Shown in pieces: positions 29,396 to 37,934 of a stretch of 64,000 nucleotides of DNA. The notes under the pieces were generated by a model. That model was given only the letters and a program-made list of their open reading frames with translations. It made no database searches and had not been told where the DNA came from. The translations under genes were made by a program, and so were the position numbers. The stretch is from assembly GCA_002296185.1 (NCBI GenBank), contig DBHM01000006.1, positions 1,091 to 65,090 of the forward strand. Direction: 5' to 3'. Source of the DNA: Alphaproteobacteria bacterium UBA828 (GTDB lineage Bacteria > Pseudomonadota > Alphaproteobacteria > UBA828). Each line of letters begins with the position of its first letter. Within the stretch, counting starts at the first letter, position 1.

Positions 29396-30436
29396 ATGCA
29401 TTTGGGACTTTTTCTTGGCTATTCTGGTGCTACTTACTCTATTGATATAAAGATGATTCAAGAAGCAGAAAGTCTGGGCTATTCATCTGTTTGGACCTCT
29501 GAAGCCTACGGATCCGACTCAGTAACTCCAGCTGCCTGGATCCTTGCTCAAACAGAAAATATTAAAGTTGGAACTGCGATTATACAGATTCCTGCACGCA
29601 CACCAGCTTGTGCTGCTATGACAGCAATGACGTTACAATCACTTTCAAAAAACAGATTTATTCTTGGTGTTGGACCTTCAGGACCACAAGTTATTGAGGG
29701 CTGGCATGGAGAATCATATGACCGTCCACTAACAAGAATGCGGGAATACATAGAGATTATAAGGGATATTTTTAAACGCGAGTCACCATTGGAGTATGAT
29801 GGATACCATTATCAGTTACCATACCGCGGTGATAAAGCTACAGGTCTAGGAAAACCACTAGAAAGTATCCTACACCCAGTTGGTGAACTAGAAATTTTTA
29901 CTGCAGCAGTTGCTCCTAAAGGGATACAACTCGCAGCAGAAATCGCCGATGGGATGTTTCCAATATTTATGGCCCCTGAACGTTTTGATATATTTCAGAA
30001 GGACTTAGAAATTGGGTTTGCAAAAAGCAAAAAGGTAAATTCTATAAATACGTTCAAAGTCTCTCCTATTGTACCATTAGTAGTTGGTGAAGATATAGCA
30101 TTATGTAGGAGACCAGTAAAAAGTATGCTTGCATTATATATCGGAGGAATGGGAGCCCCCGGAAAAAACTTTTATAACGATTACGCCAAACGTTTAGGCC
30201 ACGAAGAAGCCGCAATAAAAATTCAAAAGCTTTACTTAACCGGAAATAAGTCTGAGGCTGAAGAAAGCGTACCAGATGAATTAGTTGACTCCATAGCTTT
30301 GGCAGGGCCAAAAGAACATATTAAAGAAAGACTTCAAGTATGGAAAAATGCGGCTCAAGAAGGTAAGATAGACTCCTTGTTGATATCTGGTGGTAACTTG
30401 TCATCACTCAGATTTTTAGCAGAGCTGTCACTATGA
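29396..30436 (+). CDS. LLM-class F420-dependent oxidoreductase
   Basis: 346 aa. The block LGYSSVWTSEAYGSDSVTPAAWILAQTENIKVGTAIIQIPARTP...GVGPSGPQVIEGWHG is typical of actinobacterial-type F420 LLM families as I recall them. Confidence 0.8.
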   Translation: MHLGLFLGYSGATYSIDIKMIQEAESLGYSSVWTSEAYGSDSVTPAAWILAQTENIKVGTAIIQIPARTPACAAMTAMTLQSLSKNRFILGVGPSGPQVIEGWHGESYDRPLTRMREYIEIIRDIFKRESPLEYDGYHYQLPYRGDKATGLGKPLESILHPVGELEIFTAAVAPKGIQLAAEIADGMFPIFMAPERFDIFQKDLEIGFAKSKKVNSINTFKVSPIVPLVVGEDIALCRRPVKSMLALYIGGMGAPGKNFYNDYAKRLGHEEAAIKIQKLYLTGNKSEAEESVPDELVDSIALAGPKEHIKERLQVWKNAAQEGKIDSLLISGGNLSSLRFLAELSL

Positions 30437-30525
30437 ACAATTTTGCAATAAAGTATTTAGTAAAAATTCGATTGCTTATCATATAGACAATATATTTATA
30501 AACTTTGAATTACTGGGGATTTTCA

Positions 30526-31002
30526 ATGAGCTCTAAATCAACTGCCACTAAAGAAAACAAACTTAGCGAACAAGAGGTTAATGAACGACTATCTGCTCGT
30601 GGCTATGCACACTTTGCTAGCTATAGGCCAGATGGGATGATTCACTTAACTCCTATATGGTATAATTGGAACGGTAGTCAATTTAGATTGACTTTAGGTG
30701 CTGGGAGAATTCATTTAAAAAACCTTGCCTTAGATCCTCGATGCTCAATATTAGTTGATGAGGACCCTCGAGTAACAGAAGGCCTAGCAGCAGGAGCTTG
30801 GGCAATAATGTGCCGCGGTAATGCAGAGCTTTCTCAAGATCCAGATCTAATCAAAGAAGTTACACATGCTGTTCTATCAAAAACCCTAGGGCCGAAAGAT
30901 GCAGATGAATATACTGTGCCAATTATGGCCGAAGGCAGAACTATAGTTACTATAACACCAAAAGATTGGTTAACCTGGGATTACAACAAAGGAGAAGATT
31001 AA
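30526..31002 (+). CDS. PPOX-class (pyridoxamine-5'-phosphate-oxidase-fold) probable F420-dependent enzyme
   Basis: The block RPDGMIHLTPIWYNWNGSQFRLTLGAGRIHLKNLALDPRCSILVDED matches the split-barrel PPOX pattern. I placed the start at ATG 30526 with a GGGGA Shine-Dalgarno; the track uses TTG at 30505. Confidence 0.7.
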   Translation: MSSKSTATKENKLSEQEVNERLSARGYAHFASYRPDGMIHLTPIWYNWNGSQFRLTLGAGRIHLKNLALDPRCSILVDEDPRVTEGLAAGAWAIMCRGNAELSQDPDLIKEVTHAVLSKTLGPKDADEYTVPIMAEGRTIVTITPKDWLTWDYNKGED

Positions 31003-31042
31003 TTCTTTTTTAATCCTAAATACCACTAAAATAACAATTTGA

Positions 31043-31084
31043 GGGGAGGTTATTGCCACCAATCCTGCCGACAAAAACCTCCCC
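31043..31084. terminator. candidate bidirectional hairpin between convergent genes
   Basis: GGGGAGGTT (31043-31051) pairs with AACCTCCCC (31076-31084), giving a 9-bp stem and a 24-nt loop. Both flanks are T-rich. Confidence 0.45.
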
Positions 31085-31098
31085 ATTTATCAATTTAT

Positions 31099-32115
31099 TT
31101 AATTCGAAACCTTTGCTGCACGCGGAGGCGCCGAAAGTTTTGGGGTTGTTGCTTTATCGGGACTGTCATGGTCTCTAGTTAACATCTCCACGTCATCACG
31201 GGCCCCTTCTGGATCATTGACCCATTTATCGTAGAACTCGAAGGGATTTTTTGCATGTCCACCAGGTTCAGATGTAAAACCACGGTGAACTAGATTATAT
31301 AAATGATTTTCAGCCGTCCAATTTCTCCTAGCATCTCTAATTGTAGTTAAAGATAGAGTTGCATAGGTCGCCTCATCAGGACCTGTACCGCACTCAGCCA
31401 GCACACTACCGTCAAAGTCAACTATATTTGAATGACCAAAGTATGAATAAACCAGGTCCCGGCCAGCCATATTTGCGACTGCAACATAAGTTAAGTTTTC
31501 CCAGGCTCTTACTTGAGCAATTTGCCTCTGTTGTTCCTTTGAAGGATACATGTAACCCTGAATTCTAACTACAAGCTCAGCACCTTTCATAACAGTATCA
31601 CGAACAATTTCTGGCATATTACAATCATAGCATATCGTACCACCAACCATGAGTCCTTTCGGCCCTTCTGCCACAGCTGTTTCATGACCGGCTGTCCAGG
31701 GCTCTTGAGGAGTCCAGGGGAAAATCTTTCTATACACTAAACATGTTTCACCCTGATCATTAATCATCACTAAAGTATTATAAGGATTCAAACCATCCGG
31801 ATGTTCTTCGCCAGTTAACGAGAAAATCCCATACACTCCATTTTTCTTACATGCTTCAGAGAAAATCTGCATCTCATCTCCAGTAAGAGTTGTAGTAAGG
31901 TCAGACCATTTTGTTGGATGAAACCCCTGAGTAGTATATTCTGGGAAAACTATCAGATCTAATCCTGGATAGCCCCTTTTCATCCCATCTATAAAACCTG
32001 ATATTCTTTTGCAATTGTCAATTACCTGGCTCTTAGTCTCAACTACTGGAACTTGGTAATTAACTACAGCAACACCAACTGCATCATCACTAGAAGATAT
32101 CGATCCCTGTGGCAT
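31099..32115 (-). CDS. nitrilase-superfamily aliphatic amidase / formamidase (AmiE/AmiF-like)
   Basis: 338 aa. It is collinear with AmiF/AmiE as I recall them: VAVVNYQVPVV; GLDLIVFPEYTTQG, which holds the catalytic Glu; KIFPWTP; and ICYDCNMPE, which holds the catalytic Cys. Confidence 0.8.
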   Translation of the reverse strand: MPQGSISSSDDAVGVAVVNYQVPVVETKSQVIDNCKRISGFIDGMKRGYPGLDLIVFPEYTTQGFHPTKWSDLTTTLTGDEMQIFSEACKKNGVYGIFSLTGEEHPDGLNPYNTLVMINDQGETCLVYRKIFPWTPQEPWTAGHETAVAEGPKGLMVGGTICYDCNMPEIVRDTVMKGAELVVRIQGYMYPSKEQQRQIAQVRAWENLTYVAVANMAGRDLVYSYFGHSNIVDFDGSVLAECGTGPDEATYATLSLTTIRDARRNWTAENHLYNLVHRGFTSEPGGHAKNPFEFYDKWVNDPEGARDDVEMLTRDHDSPDKATTPKLSAPPRAAKVSN

Positions 32116-32257
32116 TTAATTACTCCCTAATATTGATTTTACATACATCTATATCTATCAGAGATTATGGCTCTTGTTCAGCCTTGTGTCCAACTTCTAA
32201 ATAAGAATATTTTTTTAGAGAAAAAGGCATATTTTTGACAAGAATTATTAGCATTTA

Positions 32258-32533
32258 TTATTTTTTACCTAAAAAAATCTCAGCTGTATTTGTGGCCCGC
32301 CGGATGAACCCATTCAAACCTTCACCTTCGAGGTAGCTACTAAACCTCTGTGATTCCTTATTAATTTGGGCTCTAACATCACCTATAGACACATCGTTTA
32401 TATTCGTCATATTTAACACAATGGACTCTAAAGCAAGTAACCGTGATGCCTGATCAACTAAGAGCATTTCTAGTGCTAGTATGACTTCATCTCTTTTCGC
32501 AAATTCTTCTTGGATAGCTCTCTCTATTTCCAT
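32258..32533 (-). CDS. hypothetical protein (91 aa, predicted helical)
   Basis: A strong Shine-Dalgarno (AAGGAGAAGGAAT) lies directly upstream of the ATG. No recognisable motif. Confidence 0.45.
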   Translation of the reverse strand: MEIERAIQEEFAKRDEVILALEMLLVDQASRLLALESIVLNMTNINDVSIGDVRAQINKESQRFSSYLEGEGLNGFIRRATNTAEIFLGKK

Positions 32534-32604
32534 ATTCCTTCTCCTTACTACTTAAGTTTTAGTTAGCCTATAATCATCTTTAAAAAATAATACAGGACAC
32601 TAAA

Positions 32605-33081
32605 GTGCAAAAAAATTCTAACAAAAAGAAGCCCAAAAGCACTAGAAAACGTTGGATAATATTTAGCGCAATATTATTAATATTTATAGTAATAGTTGCG
32701 TTATATGAAACTCAACAAGAGTTAAAACGAAATCAAAATCAATCTATACAACCAAATTTAACATTACTCGAACGCTCTCAGAAAGCTATATCATCTCTAA
32801 AAAAGTATTATCGCTACCATGACCTTCCAGTTGACTGGGAAGTAGGGGAAATTATAGCAGAAGGTATACCTGAATCTCCAAAAATAACTACATCATTATA
32901 TTTCACACCTAGCTTAAGATCTAGCAGGCATGGACAAGCATCAACACCAGGAGAGATTACTTCAATTATTGCTTGCCCAAAAAGCGAGGCTCCCTGGAAA
33001 GATTTTAGTGAATTTCAAATTATAATAGAGTTGAATGATAAAAATGGATTTGTAGAAAAATTTAAATGTATAAATCTATGA
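32605..33081 (+). CDS. hypothetical membrane-anchored protein (158 aa)
   Basis: It has a GTG start and a basic N-terminus followed by a hydrophobic helix (WIIFSAILLIFIVIVALY). No family recognised. Confidence 0.4.
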   Translation: MQKNSNKKKPKSTRKRWIIFSAILLIFIVIVALYETQQELKRNQNQSIQPNLTLLERSQKAISSLKKYYRYHDLPVDWEVGEIIAEGIPESPKITTSLYFTPSLRSSRHGQASTPGEITSIIACPKSEAPWKDFSEFQIIIELNDKNGFVEKFKCINL

Positions 33082-33087
33082 GATGAA

Positions 33088-33828
33088 CTATTCAGGTAAT
33101 GGCGTAAATACGGCAGAGCCTCCGCTTGAACCATGCTGCGACCTCCACATTTCCACTAACTTCATACCCGCAGCTTTTTCATCAGATGACATTTCACCTA
33201 TGACTTTTTCTAATGCAGTTAACGCGCTACCTATACCATGTTGACTTGCTAAAGATAGCCAGAGGTAAGCTTCGACTCGATCTTTCTTAACGCCATCACC
33301 AACATGATACATGTGCCCTAATCTACCCTGAGATTGATGATGCCCATTTTCAGCTCCTTTACGATACCATTCGGCTGCCTTAGTTGGGTTTTGTTTAACA
33401 CCATCACCCTTTGTATATAGTACTGCCATATTGAATTGAGCATTTGCATCTCCATTTCTCGCCGCTCTACGTATCCAACGTACAGCCTCAGCCATATCTT
33501 GACCAACCCCCTGACCCATTGCATAGAGAGCGCCAACGTTTGCCTGAGCTTGAGGGTTTCCCCCTTTTGCAGACCTAAGATACCATTGGAATGCGACAGA
33601 TGGATCTATTTTCACACCATCCCCATTGGCATAAAGCGAACCCACCCATGCCTGAGCCTCAACATCGCCGTTTTCAGCTAAAGGAAGCCAAGTATTCATA
33701 GCTTGATCAAAATCCCCTTTCATATATGCCTTGCGCCCATACTCCAGGGTTTCCAAGCGCAAGGATTCGCGCTTGTCGTCTGATGTAGTTTTCTTATGGC
33801 TTTGTTCTGTCACTTTTTTTGTAGACAT
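33088..33828 (-). CDS. Sel1-repeat (TPR-like) protein
   Basis: It has at least five Sel1-type repeats (AQAWVGSLYANGDGV, AQANVGALYAMGQGV, AQFNMAVLYTKGDGV, SQGRLGHMYHVGDGV). The start is uncertain: 33870 GTG, 33849 or 33828. None has a convincing Shine-Dalgarno and all overlap the upstream ORF. Confidence 0.7.
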   Translation of the reverse strand: MSTKKVTEQSHKKTTSDDKRESLRLETLEYGRKAYMKGDFDQAMNTWLPLAENGDVEAQAWVGSLYANGDGVKIDPSVAFQWYLRSAKGGNPQAQANVGALYAMGQGVGQDMAEAVRWIRRAARNGDANAQFNMAVLYTKGDGVKQNPTKAAEWYRKGAENGHHQSQGRLGHMYHVGDGVKKDRVEAYLWLSLASQHGIGSALTALEKVIGEMSSDEKAAGMKLVEMWRSQHGSSGGSAVFTPLPE

Positions 33829-34099
33829 ATATACAGTCCATATCTTCATCACCTTTCTTAACAGACTCACCGTCTGTACCTAGGCGATCGAGAAAGTAGT
33901 TTTGAATTGTACGAGCAGCATAAAAAGTTAATGCTTGTTTATATAACCATGGATCATCGTTTTCATCTAGACCATGGTTTTCAAATAGTGTTTTTTTCGG
34001 ATCAGCAGAAATACCTACATAGTAATCTGAAAAGTCCCCCCCAAACTCTTTGATATAAGCAAGAACTTCATATTTTATCTGCTGAACGCTGAAAACCAT
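33794..34099 (-). CDS. hypothetical protein (101 aa), possibly the N-terminal part of a frameshifted fusion with the Sel1 ORF
   Basis: The ORF starts 26 nt after the oxygenase-like gene and ends inside the Sel1 ORF, in the frame one nucleotide off. An A7 run on the coding strand (T7 at 33814-33820) lies in the overlap. Confidence 0.4.
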   Translation of the reverse strand: MVFSVQQIKYEVLAYIKEFGGDFSDYYVGISADPKKTLFENHGLDENDDPWLYKQALTFYAARTIQNYFLDRLGTDGESVKKGDEDMDCIYVYKKSDRTKP

Positions 34100-34125
34100 A
34101 TTATTACCTACTTATAGTTTACCTT

Positions 34126-35292
34126 CTAACGCCTTGCATTCGAATACAATGGCGCATTCCATACATATTCATAATCTGTTAAAAGTTTGTTAATTATATA
34201 CTGTTGAAATATATAACCAGGGCCAGAGGGCCCCTTCGGTAATATTTCATTCGATGTTCCGGGACTATGTGGAGTCCCCCATGCCTCATAAACTCTATGG
34301 TTCTTAATGGAAATAGTGTTTGCTTCTTCCAGACGGTCACGCCATAAAGCATTATAAATGTCAAATTCTCGATCTATTAACTTTGCACTAGGATCTTGCA
34401 AGAATCGAACTCTAATAAGCGCCTCATCAAGGCCGGTTGGCTGAACAATAATTGTTGTAGAAAATTCCTCTGAAAATTCTATCAATGTATTAGGAAAAAT
34501 CCAAATCAAAGTGAATGGTCTTTCTGATCGAGAACCATTTAATACCAAATACTCTGGCGCCTCAGATTTATCATATTTTTTTGCAGAAAGCTCCTCCCAG
34601 TGATGAACCAAGCCGAGCTCGTTACCAATTGCCTCGATAATGGCTGGCATAAGAACTTTCCAATTACCATCTAATGGCATCCAAAATCCTGATAGATCTA
34701 TAAAACTATCCAGTTTTTTATTCGCACTCTCATCCAGGCCACTTAATTGTTCAACAAGACTATTTGAATTTTGATCTACGTTTACAAATACACGCCCTGC
34801 CCAGGTTTCAACTCTTATAGGAAGCATTCTTTCAGGCATGTCTCCAACAAAGTGTCTCAGGGTAGGTGTATCTTTATCAACATCAGAGATCTTTAGAATA
34901 TCTCTGTCTCTACTATAACCGCAGGATGTATAAGAGCACTTTGTTTTTTTTCCAGTTTGACACTGTGCGGGGACAAAACGGCAACCTCCATGTTGCGCGA
35001 AGTTAAAACGTCCAGATAATTGACCCTTATTAAGCTGAACATGTATACCGTGATTTCCTAGTGTGTAAGGTAAAAGATCACCTTCTTCTGACAACTGATT
35101 TTTGTTGCCAATACAACACCACTTACGTGTCCAAACTTTTTCATCTTCTAATTCAGAAAAAATACGCGACCTATAAGCAACTGGAGGTAAAATGTTTGCT
35201 ATTCCCTCTTTTGCTATAGATCCATCGTATATTGCAGGATCTGTTAGATCTAGACCTTCATCAAAATAACCAAGTTCTGGATGTAGAGCCAT
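34126..35292 (-). CDS. ring-hydroxylating-oxygenase alpha-subunit-like protein with non-canonical Rieske site
   Basis: The N-terminal pattern LPPVAYRSRIFSELEDEKVWTRKWCCIGNKNQLSEEGD follows the Rieske-oxygenase alpha layout. The cluster-ligand boxes, however, read QHGGCRFV and KCSYTSCGYS instead of CxH and CxxH. I placed the start at ATG 35292 with a GAGGA Shine-Dalgarno. Confidence 0.5.
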   Translation of the reverse strand: MALHPELGYFDEGLDLTDPAIYDGSIAKEGIANILPPVAYRSRIFSELEDEKVWTRKWCCIGNKNQLSEEGDLLPYTLGNHGIHVQLNKGQLSGRFNFAQHGGCRFVPAQCQTGKKTKCSYTSCGYSRDRDILKISDVDKDTPTLRHFVGDMPERMLPIRVETWAGRVFVNVDQNSNSLVEQLSGLDESANKKLDSFIDLSGFWMPLDGNWKVLMPAIIEAIGNELGLVHHWEELSAKKYDKSEAPEYLVLNGSRSERPFTLIWIFPNTLIEFSEEFSTTIIVQPTGLDEALIRVRFLQDPSAKLIDREFDIYNALWRDRLEEANTISIKNHRVYEAWGTPHSPGTSNEILPKGPSGPGYIFQQYIINKLLTDYEYVWNAPLYSNARR

Positions 35293-35371
35293 TGTTTCCT
35301 CAGAGCATAAATGTAGCAACAGTAACCCCGGCACTATTACACTCAGGTGTTCTCATATGTAATAGTGCAGA

Positions 35372-35400
35372 AAGGTGGAGTAAATAAACTACCCCACCTT
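35372..35400 (-). terminator. weak hairpin after the DMFase-like large-subunit gene
   Basis: AAGGTGG (35372-35378) pairs with CCACCTT (35394-35400), giving a 7-bp stem and a 15-nt loop. There is no clear U tract, so it could be an attenuator or nothing. Confidence 0.25.
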
Positions 35401-35417
35401 CCCATTCATGCACGTCA

Positions 35418-37814
35418 CTATTTACGTTGTTTATTCATAGGCGGATCATAGTCTGCACGTCCACGATGAATAACTGAATCCTCTGGAGCATCAGGTAAAG
35501 GACCATCCTGTGAAAAACGGTCAAGAACATTGCCCACAAGCTTAGATATATTATTATCACCGTTATTCCATGGTAAAGAACCACAGAAAGCAATAGAACT
35601 AAATGCAAAACATGCACCACCATTAGGTGTCTCATGATACGCAATGTCCGAGCGTACCCTAGGATGCTGTGTTCCGTCTAAACCTTGCTGATTAAATCCG
35701 AAGTCTTCCATAACCAAAAGGTAGCCCTCAGTATGCCTACCAGCTGAAGTTGCAACAATAAGGGTATGAGGAGGTGAACCAAGCATAGTATCAACTATAT
35801 CAAGTTCAGTACCTGCTGCTCCACCGCCAACTAGGCCAAAGTTTCCTAGCTTTTCATCATACTCAATACCTTCAAATGCCCAAGCAACCCGTGGATCGTT
35901 AGACTCAGGAGTCCTAGAATAATAACTAGATATATCAAAGCCCTCAGATGACATCCCTGTTCCAGCAACTGAGTGGAGATACCTTCCTCTATAACGCCAC
36001 ATACCTCCAAGTTCACCCGTGCTCTGGTGATAATACTCTCCAGGATCAGCGCGCCAGGTTCTAATACCTGACTCGCATCGACGCATTTCAGTAACTATCC
36101 CCCTACCCAGATGATCGTAAGCTGGATGGAATGAATGAACCCAATACCATGCGTCTGCGCCCATGTACATTAGGCGGCCACCACGTTGCGTGTAATCATG
36201 CAGGGCATCTAGTTGAGGTCCTGAATTATGCTCAGGATGGGAACCAGTAATAATAACATTATAATTTTCTATACGTGCAAGTCCGTCATAGTTGACATCC
36301 TCATCTGTTATAATGTCATATTTATAGCCCATCTGATTAAGCCAATAGATTAGGTGTAGGTCAGCAGGATACTGCCACGGTGCCTGCATAAGGAAGTGAT
36401 CATATTGAGGTCTTATACTTAGTATAGGCCTCAGTCGTGACGATAAGCACAAACCACTACCATCCGTATGAGTATCGTAAATGGAACCACCATACTCTCG
36501 GTGTTCAGCTAAAAACATATTTTGATGTTGCATTATTGGAACTCTATATACTAGAAGCTCCGCGCCACCTGCATTGTTTGCCAAATGCTCATTAGCATAT
36601 GCCATATAGCTTATTGTCGGTATCATTACAGCGATTTTTGACTGTTCTTCGCCAACGCGTGGGACAACCCAAAATGGAATATAGTCCTCGTCGCCTTCTG
36701 AGGTTGTAACTTTTACACAGTAGTTATCACTTTCATAGCCCTCAGGGACATCCCAATCGAAACTCACTTCCCATCTTGCATCATCAACATCATCATCATG
36801 AAAATGGATTGCCCCATACTCTTGAGGTGCATGCTTCCAATCAAAGTTATGGCCAGTGAAGTTATGGCCAGTTAAAGCACGAGTTGGGCAATTTACGATC
36901 TGCGCATCAAACACATAAGGACCATGATCCTTTCCTACTATGGTATTAATTCCATCGGAAAAATCCCATGCAGCCACAATACACTTTGACAGCTCTCCTG
37001 TAGGACCCGCATTCCTACGCTCAGTTAGACCTCTCTGAGCACCCTGTTTCATTGTCTCAATATCCGCCCTACTTAGAGCACGATCGCAGATCCTTGGGCT
37101 GTCAATCTTTCCGTTGTAGTGACCATTTATAACTATGCCGCTAGGAACAGAAGATTTTGCTGTTGGATCGTTACTATGCTCTCCTGTATAACCAGCAATA
37201 ACAACAGGACTACCATCATGTTTTATAGGACCACTTACTTTCTTACTTACCGGAGGAATAACTGGATCTAAAGCATAAACTACTTGAGGCTCGTGGTATA
37301 ATATAGCCTCTCCTGTTTGTGCATCATAACTTGCAGCTAAGAAATGCCATGCATGATCACGAATTGGAGCTCCCGTAGTTATTTTTTCTCCATTAATACG
37401 TAGTTCAGCACATCCGTCTTCATTTATAAAAATCCCATAACCCGTGTCCTGATGCCATTTAGTTACCAGGCCCTGAGCACCATGTTTCCAATACTTAGGG
37501 TGAGTTTTCGGGGTTGTTGGCCAAACCCAACACTGAATTGTAAAACTGTCTACACGGAATTGTTTTTTATCTTCAACAAAACCATACGAACCACTGTGTA
37601 TAGTCTGCTTTTGCCCATTATGAGTTCCATTAAAGGATGCATCAAGATCGTGCTCAATTACACCCGGACCTCGGGGATTTGTATCACCATGAATCATCTT
37701 AACCAATTGCGCATCAAACTTGCCAGGTCCATCGCAATTTACATAGAATTTAATTTTATCTCCTGGGTGCACACCAAACTTGTCAGCGTATCCAGTCAGT
37801 CTCATCCAAGACAT
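35418..37814 (-). CDS. N,N-dimethylformamidase large (beta) subunit-like protein
   Basis: 798 aa. Long collinear blocks match the DmfA2 sequence as I recall it: LVKMIHGDTNPRGPG, EDYIPFWVVP, TISYMAYANEH, PADLHLIYWLNQMGYKYDIITDED, VIITGSHPEH, VGGGAAGTELD and NNISKLVGNVLDRF. Confidence 0.85.
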   Translation of the reverse strand: MSWMRLTGYADKFGVHPGDKIKFYVNCDGPGKFDAQLVKMIHGDTNPRGPGVIEHDLDASFNGTHNGQKQTIHSGSYGFVEDKKQFRVDSFTIQCWVWPTTPKTHPKYWKHGAQGLVTKWHQDTGYGIFINEDGCAELRINGEKITTGAPIRDHAWHFLAASYDAQTGEAILYHEPQVVYALDPVIPPVSKKVSGPIKHDGSPVVIAGYTGEHSNDPTAKSSVPSGIVINGHYNGKIDSPRICDRALSRADIETMKQGAQRGLTERRNAGPTGELSKCIVAAWDFSDGINTIVGKDHGPYVFDAQIVNCPTRALTGHNFTGHNFDWKHAPQEYGAIHFHDDDVDDARWEVSFDWDVPEGYESDNYCVKVTTSEGDEDYIPFWVVPRVGEEQSKIAVMIPTISYMAYANEHLANNAGGAELLVYRVPIMQHQNMFLAEHREYGGSIYDTHTDGSGLCLSSRLRPILSIRPQYDHFLMQAPWQYPADLHLIYWLNQMGYKYDIITDEDVNYDGLARIENYNVIITGSHPEHNSGPQLDALHDYTQRGGRLMYMGADAWYWVHSFHPAYDHLGRGIVTEMRRCESGIRTWRADPGEYYHQSTGELGGMWRYRGRYLHSVAGTGMSSEGFDISSYYSRTPESNDPRVAWAFEGIEYDEKLGNFGLVGGGAAGTELDIVDTMLGSPPHTLIVATSAGRHTEGYLLVMEDFGFNQQGLDGTQHPRVRSDIAYHETPNGGACFAFSSIAFCGSLPWNNGDNNISKLVGNVLDRFSQDGPLPDAPEDSVIHRGRADYDPPMNKQRK

Positions 37815-37895
37815 ATTTAACTCCCTTCCCCCACCTGTGCTCTAGTAAGACATAAGCTGATAATAACATCCATGAATCTTGCACAAGGCGAACTA

Positions 37896-37915
37896 TTTAA
37901 TTTAATTTAATTTAA
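37896..37915. repeat. (TTTAA)x4 pentanucleotide microsatellite in the dmfA1-like/dmfA2-like spacer
   Basis: Four perfect tandem TTTAA units are read directly at 37896-37915. Confidence 0.9.
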
Positions 37916-37934
37916 TTTTTCTCCTCAGAATAAC

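Noticed and set aside
19515-31002. The F420 cluster and its neighbours as a horizontally acquired mobile island.
   Set aside because: I could recognise no integrase, transposase, flanking tRNA, or terminal direct or inverted repeats. The composition looks similar to the rest of the window by eye. Horizontal origin remains possible but is unsupported here.
33794-34099. GIY-YIG nuclease call for the 101-aa ORF (AYI...YYVGIS spacing resembles the GIY/YIG pair).
   Set aside because: The downstream conserved Arg, Glu and Asn positions of the nuclease core are not identifiable. The resemblance rests on two short tripeptides only.
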